DNA of 64,000 nt. Origin: an uncultured cyanobacterium (GTDB taxonomy: Bacteria; Cyanobacteriota; Cyanobacteriia; Cyanobacteriales; CAWUOF01). Of the stretch, positions 39,266 to 50,024 are shown one piece after another. The stretch lies in assembly GCA_963744145.1 (NCBI GenBank), contig CAVUSO010000001.1, positions 2,560,001-2,624,000 on the forward strand, given 5' to 3'. The position numbers were made by a program, and so were the translations under genes. Every line of letters starts with the position of its first letter. The first letter of the stretch is position 1. The notes under the pieces are model-generated. The model saw only the letters and a list, made by a program, of their open reading frames with translations. It did not search any database and was not told the origin of the DNA.

Positions 39266-40246
39266 ATGACTGATCAGGATCATTCAATATTTGTATTCAT
39301 CTTCGCATCAGGTCTAGATTATCTGATTGGCGATCCTTGGGGTTGACCACATCCCGTCCATTTCTTTGGTGTTTGTATTCATACTTATAGTCAGTTCATC
39401 ATCAACAAATCTGACCGTCGCAATTGGCGTTTAGGGGCAGGAATTATTTTAGGAATTGGACTGGTAACTGGTACAGTAGCAGTTAGTTGGTTGATCATTG
39501 CCGTTGCTCATCGACTTCATCCTCTCGCTGGGATGGTGGTAGAAAGTATTCTTCTGGCTAGTTGTTTCGCTGCTAGAAGTTTAAGAGTAGCGGCGATCGA
39601 TGTTTTACAACCATTAGTTACTGGTAATCTAGTGCTGGCTCGCGATCGCTTAAGTAATTATGTCGGTCGGGATACCGATCATTTATTAGCACCAGAGATC
39701 CACCGTGCTGTGATGGAAACTGTCACCGAAAATGCTGTGGATGGAGTCATGGCACCATTATTTTATGCGATCGTCGGTGCATTTTTACCAGTGGGCAGTG
39801 TACCAATGGCACTAGCTTACAAAGCAGCGAGTACCTTAGATTCAATGGTTGGTTATCGACAGGAACCTTATGGGGATTTGGGCTGGTTTAGTGCCAAAAT
39901 GGAAGATATCCTGACCTGGGTTCCCTGTCGATTAACCGTAATCACTTTGGCACTTTTATCAGGAAAACCAAGACGAGTCTGGTATTTATGTCAAAGAGAT
40001 GCAGTTAAAGATCCCAGTCCAAATTCTGGTTGGAGTGAATGTGTTTATGCAGCAATTTTAGAAATCCAACTAGGTGGTACTAACTATTATCAAGGAGTCC
40101 CCAAATCTAAACCCCGCTTAGGAGAATCCCAACATCCGATCACTGAGGAGACCATCATGCAAGCACTACAGTTGACAAGATTTTGTTTTTTGCTATGGTT
40201 AGGCTTATTTATGCTGGTGGATAGCTATTTTCTTTATGATCAATAG
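39266..40246 (+). pseudogene. cbiB: Adenosylcobinamide-phosphate synthase CbiB/CobD with in-frame TGA at codon 27
   Basis: ATG 39266 gives MTDQDHSIFVFIFASGLDYLIGDPWG*PHPV, in frame with the ORF at 39491 (VGRDT, ETVTENAVDGVMAPLFY, TLDSMVGY, SPNSG). TGA at 39344-39346 replaces the expected Trp. Confidence 0.85.
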
Positions 40247-40273
40247 TGATCAATAACTAATCAGTAATCACCC

Positions 40274-40846
40274 ATGACCAAAGTTGTAGAAATTCTCTCC
40301 GCTGAAGAATTGCGACGTACTATTACCCGTCTCGCTTCCCAAGTGATTGAAAAAAGCGGTGATCTTTCTAAACTCGTCCTCTTAGGTATATATACTAGAG
40401 GAGTATCTTTAGCGCATCTATTAGCGGCTCAGATTGCTTTGCTGGAACAAATATCGGTATCAGTAGGTGCTTTAGATATTACCTTTTATCGAGATGATCT
40501 TGATCAAATTGGGATGAGGACACCTGCAAAAACAGATATTCCTTTTGATCTGACGGACAAAATTGTGGTGTTAGTAGATGATGTGATTTATAAAGGACGT
40601 ACTGTCCGAGCAGCTCTCAATGCAATCAATGATTATGGTAGACCAGAAATAATTTGGTTAGCCGTATTAGTAGATCGGGGTCATCGAGAAGTGCCAATTC
40701 ATCCAGATTTTACTGGAAAAAAGCTACCAACTGCCAAAGAAGAACAAGTTAAAGTTTATCTCCAAGAGATAGACGGGCGAGATGGGATAGAATTAATTAG
40801 TCCCGTTACTGCTAAAAGCACAGTGACAGATATACTGGATCATTAA
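40274..40846 (+). CDS. pyrR: Bifunctional PyrR / uracil phosphoribosyltransferase
   Basis: [36 protein letters not shown]. Confidence 0.95.
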   Translation: MTKVVEILSAEELRRTITRLASQVIEKSGDLSKLVLLGIYTRGVSLAHLLAAQIALLEQISVSVGALDITFYRDDLDQIGMRTPAKTDIPFDLTDKIVVLVDDVIYKGRTVRAALNAINDYGRPEIIWLAVLVDRGHREVPIHPDFTGKKLPTAKEEQVKVYLQEIDGRDGIELISPVTAKSTVTDILDH

Positions 40847-40848
40847 AA

Positions 40849-41943
40849 GTGGAATTAGATATTTTGGATTCTAGCTGGAGCACTCAAAACTTAAGTGCAG
40901 TTGACGAAACTCAAACTCGGAAAGCAGATCATCTCCGAATTTGTCTAGAGGAAGATACTCAATTTCGAGAAACTACTAATGGACTAGAACGTTACCGCTT
41001 TACCCACTGTTGTTTACCCGAACTTGATCGTCGTGAAATAGATGTAAAAACAACTTTTCTGGGGAAAAAGTTAGGGGCTCCGGTGTTGATTTCTTCGATG
41101 ACTGGGGGTACAGCATTAGCGAAGACGATTAATTATCGTTTAGCTGAGGTAGCTCAACGTTTTCAAATTCCCATGGGAGTGGGTTCTCAACGAGTAGCTT
41201 TAGAAAATCCTGTAGTTGCTGATACTTTTAAAGTTCGCTCCCTAGCTCCGGATATTCTACTTTTTGCTAATTTGGGTGCTGTCCAACTTAATTATGGTTA
41301 TACTATTGATCAATGTCAAAGTGTGATTGATTTGCTCGAAGCTGATGCTTTAATTTTGCATCTGAATCCGTTGCAAGAATCTGTCCAAACTAATGGTGAC
41401 ATTAATTTTCGGGGTTTGCTAGACAAAATTGCCAAATTATGTAGTAAATTACCAGTACCTGTCATTGCTAAAGAAGTTGGTAATGGGATTTCTGCGGTAA
41501 TGGCACAACGGTTAATCGATGCGGGAGTGAGAGCAATTGATGTAGCTGGTGCGGGAGGAACTTCCTGGGCTAAAGTTGAAAGCGAACGAGCTAAGGATGC
41601 AATGCAACATCGCTTAGGTGCAACTTTTACTAACTGGGGATTACCAACAGCGGAATGTATTGTTGATATTCGGAATATGGCTCCGGAAATTCCGTTGATT
41701 GCTTCGGGAGGATTACGGAATGGAATCGAAATTGCTAAAGCGATCGCATTAGGAGCTGATCTAGCTGGATTAGCATGGCCATTTCTCCAAGCGGCAGCTA
41801 GATCAGAAGCAGATATAATTAGTTTAATGGAAATTCTGATCGCGGAAATCACCACGGTTCTTTTTTGTACAGGTAGTGCGAATTTATCTGAGCTAAAGCG
41901 TGCTGGAGTTTTAATTCGATTAGGTTCACCAGTACCAAGCTGA
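40849..41943 (+). CDS. fni: Type 2 isopentenyl-diphosphate delta-isomerase
   Basis: [41 protein letters not shown]. Confidence 0.95.
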   Translation: MELDILDSSWSTQNLSAVDETQTRKADHLRICLEEDTQFRETTNGLERYRFTHCCLPELDRREIDVKTTFLGKKLGAPVLISSMTGGTALAKTINYRLAEVAQRFQIPMGVGSQRVALENPVVADTFKVRSLAPDILLFANLGAVQLNYGYTIDQCQSVIDLLEADALILHLNPLQESVQTNGDINFRGLLDKIAKLCSKLPVPVIAKEVGNGISAVMAQRLIDAGVRAIDVAGAGGTSWAKVESERAKDAMQHRLGATFTNWGLPTAECIVDIRNMAPEIPLIASGGLRNGIEIAKAIALGADLAGLAWPFLQAAARSEADIISLMEILIAEITTVLFCTGSANLSELKRAGVLIRLGSPVPS

Positions 41944-41990
41944 TGGTTAGGTTAATATCCTTGATTTGATCCTTTAATTATTAAAAAATT

Positions 41991-43814
41991 ATGCGAGATT
42001 TTCTCAAATATACCTTTGCTAGTCTACTAGGAAGTCTGCTTGGCATCATACTATTGTTAGGGTTAGGTACGGGTGGGCTGATTCTATTAAGTATGGCAGC
42101 TATATCGCGATCGCCAGACCCGCAACTTAAAAATAAGTCGGTGTTGGTTTTTGATCTGGGCATTAATATTAAAGATACTAAACCAAATTCAACTACAGGA
42201 GAAGCTATTCAAGCAGCGTTTTCTGGTGATGATGAGGAAAGTATTACTCTCCGGACAGTGCTGAATGTGATCGACAAAGCTGCTCAAGATCCACAAATTG
42301 TTGGTTTATATTTGGAGGGGACTAATACTCATAACGCAGATACAGGTTTTGCTACCCTGAAAGAAGTTCGTTCCGCTTTGGAAAAATTCAAAAGTTCTGG
42401 AAAGCCAATTTTTGCTTACGATATGGACTGGACGGAAAAAGATTATTATCTAGGTTCGATCGCAAACAAAATCATGCTCAATCCTCTGGGGATGATGGAG
42501 ATTAATGGATTGGGATCAGAAATGATGTTTTTTGCTGGTGCTTTGCAAAAATATGGTGTGGGAGTTCAGGTAATCCGAGTTGGTAAATATAAATCAGCAG
42601 TTGAACCATTTATTCTGACCAAACCTAGTTCCGAAAGTCGTGAACAAACTCAGAAATTGCTAGGTGATATCTGGGATGAATTTCTCAACACTGTCAGTAA
42701 AACTCGACAATTAACCCCGCAACAGTTGCAGCAATTTGCTACTAATCAGGGGGTATTAATGGCTGATGAAGCACTGAAATATAAGCTGATTGATCAGGTA
42801 GCTTATTTTGATCAGGTAGCGACTCAACTGAAGCAGTTAACTGGTAGTAATCAGGATGATAAATCTTTTCATCAAGTTAGTTTAGTTAATTATGCCAAAT
42901 CTGAGCGAGAGCCGAAACCTAAAAGCAGTTTGTTTGCAAATAAACCGGAAATTGCAGTAATTTATGCTGAAGGTGAGATCGTTGACGGTGAAGGTTCATT
43001 ACGTCAGGTTGGAGGCGATCGGTTAGCTCAACAAATCCGAAGATTACGACTAAATGATCAAATCAAAGCGATCGTTTTCCGGATTAATAGTCCTGGTGGT
43101 AGTGCTACTGCATCAGAAGTAATTGGTCGAGAAATAGCTTTGACACGCAAAGTCAAACCAGTCATTGTTTCCATGGGAAATTTAGCCGCATCAGGTGGTT
43201 ATTGGATTGCTGCTGATGCCGATCGCATTTTTGCTGAACCAAATACCATTACCGGTTCGATTGGTGTGTTTGGATTGTTGTTAAATGTGCAAAAATTAGC
43301 TAATGATAATGGGATTACTTGGGATGTGGTAAAAACAGCTCCTTTTGCGGATAGTTTTAGCATATCTCGTCCCAAAACTCCCCAAGAATTAGCTATGTAT
43401 CAGAAAGTAATTAATCGGATTTACGATCGCTTTTTGGTGAAAGTAGCTAATGCTCGGAAAATGCCAAAAGAAAAGATTGCAGAAATTGCCCAAGGACGAG
43501 TTTGGTCTGGGGTGAGTGCTAAACAAATTGGTTTAGTTGATGAAATTGGTGGGATTAATGATGCGATTAAGGAAGCGATCAAGTTAGCTAAAGTAGGAGA
43601 TAATTGGCAATTAGAGGAATATCCTAAGAGTCGCACCTTAGAAGAACAAATTTTCCAAAAGTTATTGGGTACTCATATTGCTCAAAATCAAATCCATTTA
43701 GATCCATTAACGAATGAATATAATCAGTTCCAAAAAGACTTAGCAAATTTAGGAATACTCAATGATCCCCTAGGAGTTTATGCTCGTTTACCCTATAATT
43801 TCCGGATTCATTGA
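41991..43814 (+). CDS. sppA: Signal peptide peptidase SppA (67K type)
   Basis: VGKYKSAVEPF, RINSPGGSA, SMGNLAASGGYWI, TITGSIGV, AQGRVWSG. Confidence 0.95.
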   Translation: MRDFLKYTFASLLGSLLGIILLLGLGTGGLILLSMAAISRSPDPQLKNKSVLVFDLGINIKDTKPNSTTGEAIQAAFSGDDEESITLRTVLNVIDKAAQDPQIVGLYLEGTNTHNADTGFATLKEVRSALEKFKSSGKPIFAYDMDWTEKDYYLGSIANKIMLNPLGMMEINGLGSEMMFFAGALQKYGVGVQVIRVGKYKSAVEPFILTKPSSESREQTQKLLGDIWDEFLNTVSKTRQLTPQQLQQFATNQGVLMADEALKYKLIDQVAYFDQVATQLKQLTGSNQDDKSFHQVSLVNYAKSEREPKPKSSLFANKPEIAVIYAEGEIVDGEGSLRQVGGDRLAQQIRRLRLNDQIKAIVFRINSPGGSATASEVIGREIALTRKVKPVIVSMGNLAASGGYWIAADADRIFAEPNTITGSIGVFGLLLNVQKLANDNGITWDVVKTAPFADSFSISRPKTPQELAMYQKVINRIYDRFLVKVANARKMPKEKIAEIAQGRVWSGVSAKQIGLVDEIGGINDAIKEAIKLAKVGDNWQLEEYPKSRTLEEQIFQKLLGTHIAQNQIHLDPLTNEYNQFQKDLANLGILNDPLGVYARLPYNFRIH

Positions 43815-43958
43815 TTGGCTATTGGTGTCTCAAATTCCCGTGGGATTGTATAACCTAATTCGGAATGGATTGGATAGGTCGTAATTTTGAAAGTTTTCCC
43901 AATGTGGTTGCACCAAACTTGTCGAAGTGATTGATTAGAGGCTCCAGTGATCATCCCT

Positions 43959-44390
43959 TCACTCTGCTAAACTATGGTTGTTAGGTGGCGGAAGTTTAGC
44001 AAATTTAGGTAAATTGGGGTTAAGGTAATCCCAGGGTTGGGCACTGGCAACGTAAATTTCTGCTTGAGGCTTGAACCAGCCTGGATCATCTAAGCTGCCT
44101 GCTTGAATACTGATTAAGTCAGGATTTGCAGGTGTGCCAAACAAACGGGAGCCACATTGGGGACAGAAACCACGACTAACCAAGTTACCACTATCGCCAG
44201 TGACACTATAATATTTCACTTCTCCCGTAATGGTCACAGAACTGCGAGGTACGATTAACGCAGCAGCAAATGCACTGCCCGTTGCTCGCTGGCAATCCCG
44301 ACAGTGGCAAAGCCCCATTCCCAGAGCTTCGGCTGAACATTCATAACGGATAGCTCCACACATACAACCACCAATAAAACTTGTTGCCAT
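43959..44390 (-). CDS. GFA/CENP-V family protein
   Basis: GGCMCGAIRY, CHCRDCQR, RGFCPQCGS. Confidence 0.9.
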   Translation of the reverse strand: MATSFIGGCMCGAIRYECSAEALGMGLCHCRDCQRATGSAFAAALIVPRSSVTITGEVKYYSVTGDSGNLVSRGFCPQCGSRLFGTPANPDLISIQAGSLDDPGWFKPQAEIYVASAQPWDYLNPNLPKFAKLPPPNNHSLAE

Positions 44391-44429
44391 TGTGAATACT
44401 CAACAGTTGTTTTTATACACTACCACTTC

Positions 44430-44608
44430 GTAAGGATTCAGGTCTAACAAGCGAGGAATTAAAGATGGAGTCTGCACCTCAGAGTTAACCATCGCTTTAA
44501 TCGCTTGCTCAAAAAAGCCAATTACAGAACGTCCTTGACGACAAGCTTGTATAACTGTCAACAAATTGCTAGTGTCTTGTCACCGCTCCATGGAACGCAG
44601 ATTCCACT
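44430..44608 (-). mobile_element. IS66-family remnant (transposase C-terminus plus terminal repeat)
   Basis: RSMER*QDTSNLLTVIQACRQGRSVIGFFEQAIKAM...PSLIP resembles the IS66 TnpC end; terminal GTAAGGATTCAGGT at 44430. Confidence 0.65.
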
Positions 44609-44938
44609 TTGAGTTTAAAGGTGGATGCCCAACTAAAAAACTCATCCCGATTTTGAGTTTGTTGGTAGAAAACATAATTTTCAAAACCTTCATCAATCAG
44701 GCGATCGTAGTCTTGAGCGTGACCAGTTCAACTCTCTCATCTGATCTGATCGCAATTAGCCTTTTAACTGGTAGCAAACGCTCTATAGCGATCGCCCCTG
44801 ACTTTTTACAAAACTTTACATGGAGTCTGCTTTTGCTCAGATATGTGATCTACTTTCCCTATTTTGCTAATTTTTACTATTAAAAAGATCACAATTTATT
44901 TTAAAGTAAATCTCTAAATAAAGATTTTAACAATTTCC

Positions 44939-47900
44939 ATGGATGCATCTCAATCTCTAAATAACCCTGTGGCGACTCCGCCCTCCGACTCTGCCCAGGT
45001 AACACTCAACACAAGTTTCTACCATGCTTTTATTTCCTATGGTCGGGCTGATAGTAAAGCCTTTGCAGCTAAACTCCAAGAGCGACTCAATCAGGCTGGA
45101 TTCAAAGTGTGGTTTGATTTCAACGATATTCCCCTTGGTGTTGATTATCAAAATCAAATTGATGATGGGATAACTAAAGCGGATAACTTTCTGTTTCTAA
45201 TTTCGCCTCATTCGGTTAACTCTCCCTATTGTGGGAAAGAAGTTGAACTAGCCATCAAATTAAAAAAACGAATCATTCCACTACTGCACGTAGGACAAAT
45301 CAGCCAAGAGACTTGGCAACAGCGTCATCCTGGTAAATCAGAGTCAGAATGGCAAATCTATCAAGAAAAGGGATTACATTCCAGTTTCCCGAATATGCAC
45401 CCTATGATTAGCAAAATCAACTGGATCTATGTTCAGGAAGGGATTGATGATTTTGAGAAAGGATTGAGCGGCTTAATAGACATATTTCATCGCCATCCGG
45501 ATTATGTACGACAACATACAGTTTTATTAAATCGGGGAATTGAATGGGAACAACACCAGAAACAAACCCGCTATTTATTGACTGGAGAAGAACGGGAAAC
45601 AGCAGAAGCATGGCTAAAACATCGGTTTCAGGAAGAACAACCACCATGTGAACCGACATTACTGCATTGTGAGTTAGTGTGTGAGAGTATCAAAAACGCC
45701 AATAACTTGATGACCCAGGTGTTTTTCTCCTATTCGGAAGTGGATCTGGCTAAGATGCTCCAAATTCGCCAGAGCTTGTTGCGAGAAGGGATCACAATTT
45801 GGACAAATAAGACAGATATTAAAACGGGGGAAGTATTTCAGGCGGCCATCAATCGGGGGATTGAACAAGCTGATAACATTGTTTATTTAATCTCGACCGA
45901 TGCACTGACATCCCGTTACTGTCAGCAAGAGATTGACTATGCCCTTAGTCTGAATAAACGGATTATTCCCCTGTTGATCCGAACCACCGACTTGGAGAAA
46001 ATTCCGCCCATCATCCGAGAATTACAATTTATCAACTTCAGTGAGAATCAGACTGAGGCAGATTTACGTGAGGCTTTGGATGATTTACTCAATGCTTTAC
46101 GGGAAGAAGCCAGCTATTACGAAGATCATAAAATGCTGTTGAGCAAGGCGTTGAAATGGGAACAACAGAACCGTAACCCGAGTATTTTAATGCGGGGCTA
46201 CAATTTGCGCCATGCAGAAGTGTGGTTGAAGGGAGCGGAACTGAAAACCCAACATCAGCCTACAGCCTTACAGAAAGAGTTTATTAGGGAAAGTTTGCGC
46301 CAACCACCAGTCACCTCCCTAGATGTATTTATCTCCTACTCCAAATCTGATGCGGAGCTAGCCCGTCAGTTAAATGATGAATTGCAGACGCGGGGGAAAA
46401 TAACTTGGTTTGACCAAGAGAATATCGGGTCAGAGGCGGATCTGGAGCAGGAGATTTATCGGGGAATTGAGAGTGCGGACAATTTTCTGTTTATTTTATC
46501 ACCACGCTCAATTAATTCTCCCTCCTGTATTGATGAAGTGGAATATGCAGCTAAACTCAGCAAACGTTTTATTACGATCTTGTATCAAGGGGTGAATACC
46601 GCCGAGTTGCATCCAGAGCTAGCTAAAGTACCGTCGATTGATTTTAGGCAAAGGGAAGGGGATTTTTACTCCCATATTAATCAATTGCTGAGAACTCTAG
46701 ATACAGACCGGGAATATATCCAAAATCATACTAAATGGCTGCGTCGAGCGATTGAATGGGAAAAGCATAATAATAGCAGTGATTTACTGCTGCGGGGGAG
46801 TGAATTTGTGATCGCCCAGGAATGGTTTAAGCAAGCAAATCAAGGCAAAAAGCAACCCCAAATCACGGAATTGCAAACCAAGTTTATTGAATCTAGCCGC
46901 GATGCGATCGAGGCAATTGCTAAACAGGAAAAACGGCGACTGGTCGTGTTACGGCTGATGCTGGGGATGATGACAGGATTGGCGGTCGCTGCGGTGATCG
47001 CTACCATCATGGCGATCGCTAATGGCAAAAAAGCCAAACAGATTGCCATTAGTTCTCAGGGACAATATGCTTTGTCGCTATTAAATCCACATGAGGAAAA
47101 ATTTGATGCTTTAATTGCCGCAATTGAGGCTGGAAAGGCTATGCAAAAAGAAGGGATCACTGACCCGGTAGTGACAGACGCTTTGGCAAGATCAGTTTTT
47201 AGCGTGAGTGAACACAACCGCTTGCTCAAACATAAGAGTTATCTCACCAGTGTCAGTTTCAGCCCCGATGGGAAAACCTTGGCTTCGGGGAGTTGGGACA
47301 AGACCATCATCCTGTGGAATGCGAGTACAGGAAAGGTACTTCGCACTCTCTCTGGCCATAATGAAGTAGTCTATAGCGTCAGTTTCAGCCCTGATGGGAA
47401 AATCTTGGCGACCGCTAGTAGAGACAGTACCATCAAGCTCTGGGATGTGAGTACAGGAAAGGAACTTCGCACTCTCTCTGGCCATACTGGGGTAGTCTAT
47501 AGCGTCAGTTTTAGTACCGATGGGAAAACTTTGGCTTCTGGTAGTGAGGACAATAGCATCAAACTCTGGGATGTAAGTACGGGCCAAGAACTCCGCACGA
47601 TCTATGGCCATAGTGATGTAGTCAGAAGTGTCAGTTTCAGCCCCGATGGGAAAACCTTAGCTTCGGCGAGTTGGGACAAGACCGTTAAACTCTGGGATAT
47701 GAATACTGGCCAGCACATTCGCACTCTTTATGGCCATACTGATCAAGTCTATAACATCAGTTTCAGCCCCGATGGGAACACCTTAGCTTCGGCGAGTTGG
47801 GACAAGACCGTTAAACTCTGGGATGTAAATAGTGGCCATGAACTTCATAGTCTCAATGGTCATAGTGATTTTGTCAATAGTGTTAGTTTCAGTCCCGATG

Positions 47901-49087
47901 GGAACACCTTGGCTTCTGCTAGTTGGGATAATACCATTAAACTTTGGGATGTGAGTAACGGTGAGGAAATTCGCACTCTCCCTGGCCATAGGAATTTTGT
48001 TTATAGTGTCAGTTTCAGCCCCGATGGGAAAACCTTAGCTTCGGCGAGTTGGGACAAGACCATTAAACTTTGGGATCTGGATACAGACCAGGAAATACGC
48101 ACTCTCCCTGGCCATCGCAATGTAGTCAATAGTGTCAGTTTCAGTCCCGATGGAAAAACCTTGGCTTCGGGGAGTTGGGATCAGACGGTCAAACTCTGGA
48201 ATGTAAGTACCGGCCACCTAATTCACACTCTTCTTGGCCATAATAATTATGTTTATAGTGTCAGTTTCAGCCCCGATGGAAAAACCTTGGCGACCGCTAG
48301 TTGGGACCAGACTATCAAACTCTGGAATGTAAGCACGGGCCAGCTAATTCGCACTTTCTCTGGCCATAATAATTTTGTTTATAGTGTTAGTTTCAGTCCC
48401 GATGGAAAAACTTTGGCTTCTGCTAGTTTTGACAAGACCGTCAAACTCTGGAATGTAAGTACAGGTCAGCTAATTCATACTTTCTCTGGCCATAGTGATT
48501 TTGTCTATAGCGCCAGTTTCAGCCCCGATGGGAAAACCTTGGCGACCGCTAGTAGGGACAAGATGATCAAACTCTGGGATCTGAGTACCGGACAGGAAAT
48601 TCGGACTTTCTCTGGCCATAGTGATGTAGTCTATAACATTAGTTTCAGCCCCGATGGGAAAACCTTGGCTTCGGCGAGTTGGGACAAGACGATCAAGCTC
48701 TGGAATGTGAGTACCGGGCAGGAACTTCGCACTCTCCCTGGCCATAGTGATGTAGTCTATAGCGTCAGTTTCAGCCCCGATGGGAACACTTTGGCTTCTG
48801 CTAGTTGGGATAAGACGATCAAACTCTGGAATGTGAGTAATGGCCAGGAAATTCGCACTCTCTCTGGCCATCTTGATTTTGTTAATAGTGTCAGTTTTAG
48901 CCCCGATGGGAAAACTTTGGCTTCTGCTAGTGGGGACAAGACTATCATCTTGTGGAAGTTAGACGTTGATTTTAACCATCTTTTAGAACGGGGTTGCGAT
49001 TGGTTGAATGTTTATTTGCATAACCCGGATTCTGATGCTGATTTTAGCCATATTGACAGTCATCTTTGCGACGATATCAACAGGTGA
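44939..49087 (+). CDS. Triple-TIR, single-transmembrane, 14xWD40 protein
   Basis: Three TIR box-1 motifs (AFISYGRADS, VFFSYSEVD, VFISYSKSD), each with an SxxCxxE helix; hydrophobic LVVLRLMLGMMTGLAVAAVIATIMAIA; 14 x 42-aa GH...SFSPDG...WD/WN repeats. Confidence 0.9.
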   Translation: MDASQSLNNPVATPPSDSAQVTLNTSFYHAFISYGRADSKAFAAKLQERLNQAGFKVWFDFNDIPLGVDYQNQIDDGITKADNFLFLISPHSVNSPYCGKEVELAIKLKKRIIPLLHVGQISQETWQQRHPGKSESEWQIYQEKGLHSSFPNMHPMISKINWIYVQEGIDDFEKGLSGLIDIFHRHPDYVRQHTVLLNRGIEWEQHQKQTRYLLTGEERETAEAWLKHRFQEEQPPCEPTLLHCELVCESIKNANNLMTQVFFSYSEVDLAKMLQIRQSLLREGITIWTNKTDIKTGEVFQAAINRGIEQADNIVYLISTDALTSRYCQQEIDYALSLNKRIIPLLIRTTDLEKIPPIIRELQFINFSENQTEADLREALDDLLNALREEASYYEDHKMLLSKALKWEQQNRNPSILMRGYNLRHAEVWLKGAELKTQHQPTALQKEFIRESLRQPPVTSLDVFISYSKSDAELARQLNDELQTRGKITWFDQENIGSEADLEQEIYRGIESADNFLFILSPRSINSPSCIDEVEYAAKLSKRFITILYQGVNTAELHPELAKVPSIDFRQREGDFYSHINQLLRTLDTDREYIQNHTKWLRRAIEWEKHNNSSDLLLRGSEFVIAQEWFKQANQGKKQPQITELQTKFIESSRDAIEAIAKQEKRRLVVLRLMLGMMTGLAVAAVIATIMAIANGKKAKQIAISSQGQYALSLLNPHEEKFDALIAAIEAGKAMQKEGITDPVVTDALARSVFSVSEHNRLLKHKSYLTSVSFSPDGKTLASGSWDKTIILWNASTGKVLRTLSGHNEVVYSVSFSPDGKILATASRDSTIKLWDVSTGKELRTLSGHTGVVYSVSFSTDGKTLASGSEDNSIKLWDVSTGQELRTIYGHSDVVRSVSFSPDGKTLASASWDKTVKLWDMNTGQHIRTLYGHTDQVYNISFSPDGNTLASASWDKTVKLWDVNSGHELHSLNGHSDFVNSVSFSPDGNTLASASWDNTIKLWDVSNGEEIRTLPGHRNFVYSVSFSPDGKTLASASWDKTIKLWDLDTDQEIRTLPGHRNVVNSVSFSPDGKTLASGSWDQTVKLWNVSTGHLIHTLLGHNNYVYSVSFSPDGKTLATASWDQTIKLWNVSTGQLIRTFSGHNNFVYSVSFSPDGKTLASASFDKTVKLWNVSTGQLIHTFSGHSDFVYSASFSPDGKTLATASRDKMIKLWDLSTGQEIRTFSGHSDVVYNISFSPDGKTLASASWDKTIKLWNVSTGQELRTLPGHSDVVYSVSFSPDGNTLASASWDKTIKLWNVSNGQEIRTLSGHLDFVNSVSFSPDGKTLASASGDKTIILWKLDVDFNHLLERGCDWLNVYLHNPDSDADFSHIDSHLCDDINR
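47220..48960 (+). repeat. Fourteen 126-bp WD40 coding repeats with high DNA identity
   Basis: GTCAGTTTCAGCCCCGATGGGAAAACC-like blocks recur every 126 bp. Confidence 0.92.
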
Positions 49088-49199
49088 AGAATTAATCTAA
49101 ATTACTACCTGAACCCCACAAGGTTTTAGCTAGATAGGAGTTGAGCTGGAATTGGGAGCGATCGGATGAACTGGGTCTCTTAAGCAGATGGGGAGAAGT

Positions 49200-50018
49200 T
49201 CAGATTAACGATACTTCTTCAATATTAGCAAGATCTGACAATTCGTTCCGGGTTGGGGATGAAAAATATGTCCATGACGCGATCGCATCTTCCTCACTTT
49301 CAGATTGACGGTGACAGCGAATTGCAAAAGTACAATTCTGACAATGTCCTGCTGTTTCTGGGATTTGAGGAAAAAACTCTCCTTGTTCATATTCTTGTAA
49401 CCAAACTGTCAATTGATTTAATAAGTCTGTTAAATCTTCATGAATTTGCTGATGTTGTCTCGAATCGTAGCTAAATTTCAAACTTGGTGATTCCCGTTCT
49501 TTCTCTGACTGGACAAACCAGTAAGTTAGGGAAACTTGTTCAGGAAAATAATTACTTGTTGCTACTAAAGCGTAACAATAAAGACGAGTTTGCCAATTTT
49601 TTTCGATCCACTGACGCTGGTTCGGACGAGCATAAGTTTTCCAATCTAAAATTTGTGCTTGCTCTTGATCTGCAATCAATAAATCATAAATAACTGTGAG
49701 TAAATAATCCTGAAATTTCAGAGTCCGACTATGTTCAGCTTCCCGAAAACTGGTGGAATCAGTCACAGCAATCAAAATTTCTGGTGCTGCACTAATAAAA
49801 GAATTAAACCAGATTTGTAATTGGGGATCTTCAGCAACTATACTTTCTATTGGTAAACCCAATTCTCGCTGCTGCATTAACAAGTGAAAACGATTTCCCC
49901 AATTTAATTTTTCTTGTTGTTCTGGAGTCGGTGGTGCTGCTAACTGTTCTAAAAAAGTATATTGAAACTTACGCGGACAGGTGGTCAGTAAATTTAAGTG
50001 TCCTTGGGATAATCTCAT
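49200..50018 (-). CDS. PD-(D/E)XK nuclease family protein (Cas4/AddB-like, 4-Cys)
   Basis: LSQ..L..CPRKFQ, GNRFH, YDLL...ILDWKT, QTRLY, CQNCTFAIRC. Confidence 0.85.
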   Translation of the reverse strand: MRLSQGHLNLLTTCPRKFQYTFLEQLAAPPTPEQQEKLNWGNRFHLLMQQRELGLPIESIVAEDPQLQIWFNSFISAAPEILIAVTDSTSFREAEHSRTLKFQDYLLTVIYDLLIADQEQAQILDWKTYARPNQRQWIEKNWQTRLYCYALVATSNYFPEQVSLTYWFVQSEKERESPSLKFSYDSRQHQQIHEDLTDLLNQLTVWLQEYEQGEFFPQIPETAGHCQNCTFAIRCHRQSESEEDAIASWTYFSSPTRNELSDLANIEEVSLI

Positions 50019-50024
50019 CAGAAT

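Noticed and set aside
39344..39346. TGA recoded as Trp or Sec
   Set aside because: Many genes in the window end in TGA (e.g. fni, sppA) and Trp is TGG elsewhere; the position is Trp, not Cys.
44566..44883. 105-aa plus-strand ORF
   Set aside because: Spans IS66 and other remnants; no coherent protein features.
47192..48948. Repetitive antisense ORFs (MARESA...)
   Set aside because: By-products of the WD40 repeat periodicity on the opposite strand.
49200..50018. Cas4 / CRISPR locus
   Set aside because: Cas4-like fold, but no array or other cas genes nearby; fits the common stand-alone cyanobacterial PD-(D/E)XK family.
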